Source of the DNA: Styela clava
Taxonomy: Eukaryota
Length of the DNA: 64,000 nt
Assembly (NCBI RefSeq): GCF_964204865.1
Contig: NC_135261.1
Coordinates: 6,882,001 to 6,946,000 of the forward strand
Reading direction: 5' to 3'
The translations under genes and the position numbers were made by a program. The first letter of the stretch is position 1. Every line of letters starts with the position of its first letter. This document shows, piece after piece, positions 1 to 10,800 of the stretch. Below the pieces are notes generated by a model. It was not told where the DNA came from. It made no database searches and saw only the letters and a list, made by a program, of their open reading frames with translations.

Positions 1-173
1 GAGCAATATAATCCGGCCAGCGACACTTCACTGAATTAGATTAACAAAAAAGCTGTATTGACGATTATATTCTTCATGCGAATGACTTTCAACCTTTCAT
101 TTTGGCCCACGAGCAACAAAAGTTGGCCGACCCCCGCTCTACATGCTAACTCATTTATCAAACCCTTTTTCAG

Positions 174-3100
174 AAAAATTCAGCGTTCGACAACAGATGA
201 AAGATGCTTTATTAAAGCTGGTTGAGAACAGACCTGAAGACCCACTGCTTTTTCTTTCCAATTTCTTTGATACTGTTTCTTCAGAAAACCGAGCTGACAG
301 GGTACGATTTAGTATAATTTTTATAATGAATAAAGTATAATAATTATAATGAATCTAGAATTTATTCAGGGTTCAGAGAAATATACACCCTAAACTGAAA
401 GTTATACTGTAAAAGTACAGTTGTAAAATGAAATTGTTAAATAGTATCTTTTAATATTATTTATCTGATTAAGCTATTTTATTCTTGCTATGATGATGCT
501 CTTTTTGGCACTGTCTGAATTATAAGTAACTTCAGAGGTTTTCTCTGAATGTTGCTTGATTCATTGATGACAGTCTGATATATGCGCTCACTAATCTGAA
601 TGCAAGATCATCTTCCTCTGTGAAATGAGAGTAGAATTATCATTTAAATTGAAATTCATTCAAAAATTCAATATGGTATAATAATGGTATCATATAACAT
701 CTGTATGAAAAATTCAATTTCAAATGTGTCAAATTCTGTGGATATTTATATTTGAAGCTTTAATAAATGTATTAACTCCAAGCTCATATACGATAAACTG
801 CTACTCCAGAAGTATGTGCACCAAGATGGCGGACACCGGAACGTCGTATGTGTACCAGGTTAGGGTTAGGCCATAATTTTATTCCAATTTTCCTTATTTT
901 AGTTCTATAACGGGTTCAGGGACTAGCCAAGTGACTCCCATAGTATTTGTACCTGAAATTATGGCCTAACCCTAACCTGGTGCACATACGACGTTCCAGT
1001 GTCCGCCATCTTGGTGCACATACGTCTGGAGCGCCGATAAACTATGTATGTTAAAATGATGAAAATAGGAAAAAACAAATTTGTAGTCTTAAAATTTTTT
1101 TTCTGATCATTTATTTTACCTGAATTCTGTCTATCTTGGTCACATGCTCTTTTTTTTAATTTTTTTTCTAGATTTCTCATGCTGCAAGAACGTTAAAACT
1201 GTCTCATCATTCGAGTCCTGCTTTCAATAACAACGTTATATTGGCATACGATATTCTTAGTGCACCTAAAAGTATGATTTTCCTTTATAGTATATTTGAT
1301 TTGTTAGCAAATTTTTTCTAAACATCAATTCTTTGCAAACAAATTCTTGCTATGATGATGCACTTTTTGGCACTGTCTGAATTATAAGTAACTTTGAAGG
1401 TTTTCTTTGAATGTTGCTTGATTCATTGATGACAGTCTGACATATGCGCTCACTAATCTGAATGCAAGATGAATTGATGTTTGATTTCATAACGAGTCGT
1501 TTGTTAGAAAAATTAGAGTGTAGATTAGAACAGGAATGGTCAAAATCGAAATGGTCAAATTTACTATACCAAATACATTCTGAAATTATAATTTTGAATA
1601 CAGAATAAAACGGGGCATGTTCCACAGAAAATTCATATATATACCATTTGAAATGAATAAAATTATATTTGATTATGCAGAATGTTCGAAATAACGTTAT
1701 TCAATATTTTCTTATTAAAGTATAAAAAGTAAAACTAATTTCATTTTTTATCTGGCTTTCTCATGTCACAGACTCAAGGTGACAAATTTCCAAATGGAAA
1801 TATACTAAAAAATATTTCTAAATCAGGAATTAAATATATCGAATATGATTGATTTCAAACGATTACATGCAGCCTCTACTTGGTGAGGACCAATTTGTAT
1901 AAATTTTGATTGGGCCTTTCTGGTTGATACATCAATTTTCCATACATCAGTTTTCCCAATCCAAAATTGATTTCTCCAGCAAAAAGGTTTATACATTCTT
2001 CTTTCCTTCAGACCCAAGTTCGAAGAAGCTTGCAAACAAACGTTCAGGAATGTCTGGAGCAATACATGAAGAATTTATCAAGTTTATTTGTTCCGATGTT
2101 CCTGATGAATTAAAAGAAAATCTTGTTGATAAAGTTTGTTGCAAGTGGAATGAAATGGTTCCATATGAAGTTTTCAAATACAGTGTTACTGTAGCTTATG
2201 TTTTGTTAGGTACGTGTACATTTTTTCATTTATTTTGCAAATTGTGGGATTTTTTGGATATTTATGTCTTGAATAGCAAGTGGCGTTTGTTGTTGTGCAA
2301 GTTTGATCCCAATTGGCAATTACCGTACTTTTTTAAATTTATTTTAAATTTTCTTATCCGGTAATACTTGAAGCATTTGTTTTTGTCATCATAAATCTAG
2401 ATATAGATAGTGAGATATGCAATAAATTGATGGATTTTTATGATGTTTGAAAGATATCTTGAAATCTTATTATCTACATCTGGGGTGTGCAAACTGCGGC
2501 CCGCGGGCCAAATATGGCCCACATAAAGAAAATTGTGCGCCCGCGGAGAAGTGCCAGCTAGCAAAATCCTGTTGCAAAATACACAATGTTATAAAAACTG
2601 TATTTCTCATTGAATTCGTTTACAGTCGGTGTGACAATCAATTTGAATAGCAGTTTTTTCTTTAGAAATTTATTCGTTTTAACTCGCATTTCTGCAAGGA
2701 CCCCTAGCAATGCCGTAAGATCAATAACAAAATGAAACGATTTTTCGTGCCTGCAACTACTAGAAAAGCTATCTTAAATAAAGGTGCCGACCCACGGATG
2801 CACTCATTTACTTTGTATCTAGCCTTACTGTGATGAAGATTGCACACCCCTGATCTACATTATTATTTTTCTCAATAAACAAATGACTCATTTATTTTCA
2901 ATTTTTTTTATTTCTCAACAAACAATATTTCACAGATTTTATTGAACTCTCTGAAGACTTGTTCAAAACCCTGAGTGGAAAAAATGAAATGGCCGACAGG
3001 TTTGTTATTATTTGAATTTTTTGAATTTTCAAATCAGATCATTTGTAAAAATATTTTCTTGCTATGATGATGCACTTTTTGGCACTGTCTGAATTATAAG

Positions 3101-4161
3101 TAACTTCAGAGGTTTTCTCTGAATGTTGCTTGATCTATTGATGACAGTCTGATATATGCGCTCACTAATCTGAATGCAAGATTTCCTTTACTTTTTGAAC
3201 AATTTTGTCTTAGTTTATTTTGCCAAAATTACCAAAGGAGTTTTATATTACCGGTATTTCCAAATTTCCATCCCAATCAAGCTTAAAGTTGATTCCTTAA
3301 TTTAGTTTCCATATTTCCAGATATTTATGTGATACTACTGTTGAAACGTTCAGTGAATCGTTGCTTCGAAGCAACAATAATTTTGTGAAATCTGATGACA
3401 ATTTTTCTCACGCAATGGAGGCAGGAAAGAAATTGAGACCCGATAATCTGGCCTCTGCTATGTTGCAGGTATCGACATTCGACATCAATATTATATCTGA
3501 ATAGTGAATTTACTAAAATTTATCTTTTCGTCTGATTTTAATTTTGTAAATTGCAAATTTTGCATTTGCATTAAGATTGCATTGCTTATGCACATGATTA
3601 ATAATAATTATATTACTTGAATAATAATACAACTACCAAAAACTTTTTAAAAACTTCAGCAAAGATTCTCCATTTTATTTCAGATTTTTAGGAGTATTCA
3701 ATTATTAAGTTGAAAATTGAAATTTATTCAAGTTTGCATTTCTTAATTTGAAATTATTCAAAGATGTCTTAATAATTCCTATAATGGTAATTATGAAAAT
3801 TTTACTCACCAAATCTTGGAATGTCAATTTTTAATACAATATGAATTGTATTATTATAATTTATCAGTAAATTTGCAAGAAAGAGGGAAAAGCTATTAAA
3901 CATATTTCGACATTCTCTTAATTTCCCTGATACCCTTTCTATTCTGATGAATAGTTTTAAGAGTTATGACGATTTGAAGTCTGTGCTTTTATCTTGTTCA
4001 CACTATAAACTTGTGAATTCATTTGCGGTTACTTGACTGACACAATTCTTTAATTTCAGGCGAAAGAAGATGAAGGGGATGCAAAAAATTTAATGGACGA
4101 ATCAGAATTTCTTCATTTAATGACAAATGTTTATCTTAGTAATGTCAAATGTTTAAAATAA
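174..4161 (+). CDS. TPGS1: Tubulin polyglutamylase complex subunit 1; 5' exon(s) lie before the window. Exons 174-301, 1172-1271, 2012-2209, 2936-2999, 3321-3468, 4060-4161
   Basis: GT-AG joins keep one frame to TAA at 4159-4161. The translation has TPGS1 hallmarks: MKDALLKLVENRPEDPLLFLSNFF, LSHHSSPAFNNNVILAYDILS, EMVPYEVFK..V..AYVLLDF, EAGKKLRPDNLASAM, MDESEFL. Confidence 0.9.
483..607 (+). ncRNA. Intronic box C/D snoRNA, copy 1
   Basis: Terminal stem TCTTGC/GCAAGA, box C ATGATGA (490-496), D' CTGA, internal hairpin, C' TTGATGA, box D CTGA (596-599). Repeated at 1345 and 3057 while the surrounding intron sequence is unrelated. Confidence 0.88.
800..1035. mobile_element. Palindromic MITE of a Merlin-like family (GG...CC ends, 8-bp TSD). 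Other members at about 10500-10686, 17814-17934, 20517-20633, 24442-24544, 29019-29257, 33598-33809, 44064-44172, 47128-47335, 55239-55348, 56966-57169, 57757-57853
   Basis: Long TIRs (AGTATGTGCACCAAGATGGCGGACAC...GGTTAGGGTTAGGCCATAATT). TSD GATAAACT here, GAATATTG at 17814, GAATTGTT at 55239, AATTTGTA at 56966. The superfamily is inferred from the termini and TSD length. Confidence 0.8.
1345..1469 (+). ncRNA. Intronic box C/D snoRNA, copy 2
   Basis: Same 125-nt unit. Its hairpin substitutions (TTTGAAG/CTTTGAA versus TTCAGAG/CTCTGAA) keep pairing through G-U wobbles and one compensatory pair. Confidence 0.88.
2480..2852. mobile_element. hAT-type MITE
   Basis: TIRs CTGGGGTGTGCAA/TTGCACACCCCTG, GCGGCCC subterminal motifs, 8-bp TSD ATCTACAT. 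Confidence 0.85.
3057..3181 (+). ncRNA. Intronic box C/D snoRNA, copy 3
   Basis: Same 125-nt unit with all boxes intact, in TPGS1 intron 3000-3320. Confidence 0.88.
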
Positions 4162-4869
4162 TGTAGTACTGTGTTTTATTCTTATTTACACTGTGCCATT
4201 TAGGTTGTTGAAGTTTTATTTTCTAGATATCTTTTCTATACTTAGTAAAACCATTTAGAATGCCAGGAAACTACTTTATTTTAAAATATTAAAATAGTTG
4301 AATGAATGAATATTTCTAAAAAGGGTTGTTATAGAGAGAGATTAGTTTGATTACCTCAGTGAAATGGTATTGAAATGATTTTGCTCTGTTAACGTTTTCC
4401 ATCGTTAAAGTTATTTATTTATATATATATATATATTTATATTTCAACCGGATATAAATACATATAAAATTACTGGTGTGTGAAGCATCTTCGGTTCAAA
4501 GATGTTTGTATTTTACATAAGTTTTGTCAATCTGGCGCTCCAATGGCTTATTGATAACATTCAATGAATTGTTGTGATTTGTATCATTCTAAAACTGTTT
4601 GTTCATTTTAATTAATGCTAACAAAATACCTAGATAATATATCAGCTATTTGTGGAAATTTTCAAAAATATTATTTTATCCGAATAATTTTCAATTATCT
4701 TCAATTTTTTTAAATTTCTTCAAGTTTTTTCTGTTGTGTGGTTTTATATTTAATGAGTTGTCTCTATCTGAATTCCGTGTTTTATGATGATTTCTCATTT
4801 ATAGATCTTTATTTTTCACAAAATTTATCCTTTGTTCTTGTAGTTTTTAAAATATATTTTAGATAAAAA

Positions 4870-7800
4870 ATGAAATTTAAATGGAGGTTGATGTGTTTTT
4901 ATTTTATAACTGTTCTTGGAATATTCGTCTATCTCAAGGTAAATATTTGTATTTTTTTCTTGATTTGGGAAAGAGATTTCACTCTGAATAGGGCTCTAGG
5001 CTAACAGTCTATTAAAGTGGTTGGTTAGGTCGCCTTCAAAATTTTCCAACTATTTTCCACAGAATGAGAACTTCAATTAATCTATTTGGAGTGATGATTC
5101 CCTGATCATCCAGTGGTGTGAGAGCAATTTTAGTTGGTCAATTTGACAAAGCAACTCACCAACAATAGCGTTAATACCAAACTAAAGTCTCCAATCTTTC
5201 AGACTTCCAATTAGATTTTGCCTGTCACAGCTCCCCTGGTGAAACTCTTGAGTTTACTTATTTGTTCTTCATTTTTACATGATTGGTTTTTTCTAGTTGG
5301 AAAATATAAACTTGACTACTAGCGATGTAAGGCAATCGTTCTCTAAGAAAAGATATTTTGAATGATACAGAGTTTTCTGTAGCTGTTATCTGAAGTTCAA
5401 AAGTCTTATTCAAAGTTTTTACATTTGAGATAATAGTTAATGGTAAGCCAATTGTCACAGAAATAATTAAAGCAAATTTTAGGCAGTTATGAATCTCTAC
5501 TATCTATAATAGATCATGAAAAAAGTCAAATAAACAGTGAAATGAATTTTAATTTATTTTTAAGGGATTTTTTCCAGTCAAGATTTCCAGAGTTGGTTTC
5601 AGTAGTGAAGATGATATTCCTCCTGCACCATCTGATAGTGATATATTACTTCAACTCAGTAGTGTGGATTTCCATTCTCCTGATAACACTCCTACTGTCA
5701 AATCAAAAGGTATAATTCGCTACCATATTTAGGTTAATAAGGAGATCACGCTGGAGTCGTTATTCATTTATTTACATTATGTTCAAATTGCACCGGAAAG
5801 TCCAATGAAACTGGATACATTCAAAATTTGTGTATTCAAAGAGCAAATTCTTGAATTGAAATGCAATTTAAAATATTTTCATTATCATTTCATTGAATCC
5901 TATCCTAAATGTCTAAAATCTGATAATTCGATGTACTTTATTGAACCTCAGACTCTGACAATGTAAAATTAATAAAAGTCGTAACTGAAGAGTATTTTAC
6001 ATTTCTGATTTGTGATATTTTTCCCAGTTTATTATGATTGGGTCTCGGAATATATTAGATTCCCCTTATTTGAAAATATTATTTCAGTATAATAAATGAC
6101 TAGATTATTGAAGTTTGGGATTAACAGTAGGTCCATCTATGTCTTTTCCTCTATTTACGCTCAAATGTGATCTTTCAATGATATTTTTTTACTGTGCAAC
6201 TAATGCCAAATTAAATTCTCATTTTCAATATAAGCTAGTTATTTACAATTATTATATGCTATGTTTTTCTGTGTGTTTCACTGTCTAATCAGCTTTGGTC
6301 TTTAATTAAGTTTTCTACACTTTATTCCCATTAATCAATAATAACGAATTACCTTTAGATCCACTACCTAAGAACTTCACAAAGCTTGTATTGGTCGTGA
6401 TCAATGGCCTTCGTGAAGATTTTGTTTTTGCTTCTCATCATTTGCACAATTTACCATTTATACACAAATTATTACTTGGAGGTGATGCAGCAGGTTTTAT
6501 TTCAAGAGCTGAGGCACCTACATTGACAATGCCTAGAATTAAGGTATGGTGTCTAGCAAATTACCAGAGCATTTAGGTTTATTAACAAAGAATTCTATTT
6601 GAAAAATTCAGTTTTGGAGTATTTTTTTTGTACAATTTTTTAATTTGACAATTAAATCATAATTTGTGACAAATTTTTTGTATTAAATTCATGATTTTTC
6701 TTATAAAATGCTGAAATCAGAATTCGGAATATCACGAATCTGTAGCAAAGTATTCCTTAATATATAACTCTATAATCCTATTTATTTAACTCTATTCATG
6801 GGTTTAATCAGTTATTTTTCAAGTAGTTCCATAATCTAGTAATATTTCTTATTTTAATAGTTGTTGAAATAAAATTTTGCTTGTGCATGTCAAATTCAGT
6901 TTGCCAGAAAAGTGACAACAAAAATAAATTTTATAAAAAAAAATTTGTTTCCAAATTTGTAGCCTATTTTTAAAATTGAAATATTTCTAATCTGATATTT
7001 TTCCCCATTTTTCTATCAGAAAATTCAGCAATAAAAGCATTGTACTAATAATATGAACTTATTTTCGTGTAAGCAAAGAACGCCATCATTACCAAATGTG
7101 ATATTTTTCATTTGCAATGCAGTTGAAATATGTTATTCCCAAATTCATCTAAAAAAAAATTTCAGCCAATTTGGTAACTTTGTATACATGCAGTGTCTGC
7201 TTTCCCAGTTACTGGTTCAGAAATTGTGTATTATTTCATAAAAAATGTACGAATTTTTGTCCACAATCTTACACTATTTCATGTATATTTCATCGCAGGC
7301 ACTTATGACAGGCAGTGTTCCGGGTTATGCTGACGTTATTTTAAGTCTCGATGCCGCAAAGGAATTAAAAGAAGATAATTTCATCAGAAATGCATTTTCA
7401 GCTGGAAGATCTATTGTATTCTATGGTGACGACACATGGACCAGGCTACATCCTGGGAAATTTAAAAGACAAAATGGTGTCAGCTCTTTCTTTGTGACAG
7501 ATTATACAGAGGTTTGACAATTTAATTTGGAGTTTTACGTATGAATTTTGCTTGCTTGGTGTTTTATTGACAGAGTGTTAATGACTGTAGCAGTGTCACT
7601 GTTTCAGTAGACTCTTTTTCAAATAAAATATTTCGAAAGTTTTGATATGTGATGCCTATGGTTAAGAGCGAAAATGTACAATTACCTAATGAAAAAAATT
7701 TGTGTTTGTTTTAATTATTTCAGTAAATTGCGCCCAATTACGGCCCACGTAACGATTTAATATGGAATGCCGAAGTGAAATAGTTTGACACGTAATGTTT

Positions 7801-10800
7801 TTACTATTTTGCATTCTAGATATCCCTCGACTTTTACATCATTATTATATTTAAACTCAATTGTCATACCAATTCAATTATACCAGTATCCTATCTATAA
7901 ATACCAGTATTAGAATTACATACGAGTCTCGTCCTTGTGGGCGCTCCTCTCTCCCGGCCCTCAAATGTTCCCCCGATTCTAATTTTAACCTCCCGGTCAA
8001 TCAACTTTGGGAACCACTGCCTTAAATGCTGTTAATGATCTCAATCCTATATTGAATATTATTTAATTCATTCAGGTTGATAAAAACATCACACAACATG
8101 TAAAAACTGAGTTGAACTATCCTGATCATTTTGATATGATGGTTTTACATTATATTGGACTTGGACATATCGGCCATATTGCAGGTATTTATATATCAGT
8201 GGATTAGGAATTTTGCAAACTTTTTCTGAATTCTTTATCCAAATGCGTTTATTACATTCGGAACTGATAATTATCAGTGTTCCTATCCAAACATGGACAG
8301 GTACAAATCTGTGGTTTTCCATGTGACATGCTGTCTCATCAACTCTTCTCTAAGCCAGGATTATTTATTCCTGAAAAATGCCCAAAGCTAGGTTTTCGTG
8401 ACCTATGAATTGACCTCTAAACCAGCATAATCCGCTTTGGCCTAATTCAGTGATCGGCAAAGTTTTTTTAGTCGAGGCCCAAATAATAAAATGAAAAAGG
8501 TTTTATAGCACAATTCAGTTAGGCCCACCAGATAATGCTCGACAACCCACAGTCTGCTTACTACTGGCCTAGTCTAATATACCATTCCTACTGTTTGGAC
8601 TTTGGGTAACCAATAGCCATTTGACTTTGACTTGGTTATTGATTTTGTGTATATTTAACGACTGATATTTTCATTTTTAGGAGCAAAAAGTCCTCTGATT
8701 GACTCTAAACTCAAAGAAATGGATTTTGTAATTCAACAGATATATGAAACATTGCAGAAACATGTAAGTGTATGCGTTATTCCTTAGAATTTAGAGAGAC
8801 AGGGAGAGATTTATTTCCGTCAACCAGGAAAAACGAGCATTGCAATAATAATAATAAAAATATACAAAAACAATCTAAGTTTTTCAGTATAGGCTGGGTG
8901 GAGCAATATGACCATATGGTCAACCGAGTCAGCTCCCCTTATGTTTGTATGAAAGATTTACGTTATGTTCTGTGATAATAACGCTACAAGGCTCTTTTTA
9001 AATTTTTCAAAAGGGAACAATTTTTGTTCCTCTACTTAGTGGCCGCTGTTACCATCTTTCCTTGCTTTTTGGCTTGAACCAATGAACCAATACCGTTGCG
9101 CAACATTGTTATCGCTATATTTGAGCATTACTCTCTTGTTTTGATATATGAGTATTTATTATTATAATCACTTTATGCACTCTAATTTATTTTTCAAAAT
9201 TGCATATAATCATCGATTTTAACTTTATAAAATTTTAAGTTATACTTGTCTAGCTTATATTGTCAGTATAGAAAATTGAATGCTTGTTTTTCCCTGGCTA
9301 TCTTTAACATATAGATAATCAGGCGTAACACAGGCAAAGATTGAATAAAACATAAGAGTACTAACAGTGCCATATATATTGCGCTTCTTGAGTTCTTTGT
9401 TTTTACAAAAATTAGACATTCCAATTTTCAAGTTTGATATATAAATGGTTTCAAGGCAAAACGGCAAATGTTTGATTTTATAAAAAAGTATTACAATAAA
9501 TGGGTGCGATGTAGGTTAGTACCTAATCATAGATTAAAGCAATATTTACTTAGTATTCTAATAAAAGTTACAGAACTTTTTTTTAGTTGAACTATGTATA
9601 ACTGAGGAAGTCTGACCTTGGTCAGACAGAATGTTACAGAAATGTATTTGTGTTAATGTGCAGTAAGACGCTTGAATCCCTTAGGAAAGTTGCAGAGGTT
9701 TAAAAATATAAAATATATGTTTTTCTTATTTTCTAAAAGCAGCTTTTTCAAGTTTCAAAAGGGCATGTTTTTTGGGGTTTTTGCAATCAATATTTCTTTT
9801 CTTCTATTTATATCTATTCCATTTATTTCGTGTAGACACAATTTTGATTTACAATTTTTTTACTTCTTCAGGATGCTGAGAAAAACTCTCGCAGTCTCAT
9901 TGTGGTGACAGGAGATCATGGTATGACAGATAAAGGTAGTCATGGAGGAACAACACATCATGAGAGAAATACACCGTTATTGTTCTTGAGTCCTAAGATT
10001 AGTTTGGAATCTGATATGTAAGTGGAAATATAGTCCAATTTGATCAAACTTTGCTATTATTGATTTATAATACAAAAAGGGATTATTCTAGATATTTTAG
10101 AATATTAGATTACTTTTTTTCTTAAAACATTTAATATTCCAAAAATATGTTTTCAGAATGATTTTTTAATGTGTATTGTTGAAATATAATATAAACTTTG
10201 AATATTAATTTAAAACTTTTTTCACTATTAATAAACACCATTCAAAGATCTTTTTGTTTTGCCAATATTGGGTTTGCTTTTATATATATTTATAGTTTAT
10301 ATATTTATTCATACAGCTTCACACAAGTACGAATAGATTTATGAAAAAACTTAAATTACGGTTTCGTGTTTTATGATTGTTGCATCGTACATCAAAATAT
10401 GCCAATTTGTATAAGTCATTTTTTACTCTGAATGATCAAATCCATTTATATCAGTCCCAGGCTGGCATTATTGTGATTATAAGACTTTTATCTTTTGTGT
10501 GTGTACCACTATGGAAGAAACTAATTTTGTTCGCCTATTTTAAATCGAGTTGTGTAAAGGGACTGAAGCCTATGGGCAGAGGGTGTATTCACTTGGCTAA
10601 CACAGACAGTCCCCGAACTCCCAATAAAACTAAAATGAGGAAAATTATGGCCTAATCCTAACCTGGTACACATACTACGGGAGTACAGTCTTTTCTTTTG
10701 TATCATCCAATACTTCTTTTCAGAAGTGATATCCCAACTGAAGTGCAACAGATAGATCTTACATCAACATTATCAGTGTTGTTTGGTTTACCAATACCAA

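Noticed and set aside
6592-6603. ATTCTATTTGAA, similar to the start of the ascidian spliced leader
   Set aside because: Only 12 nt in AT-rich intron sequence, with no donor or Sm site following.
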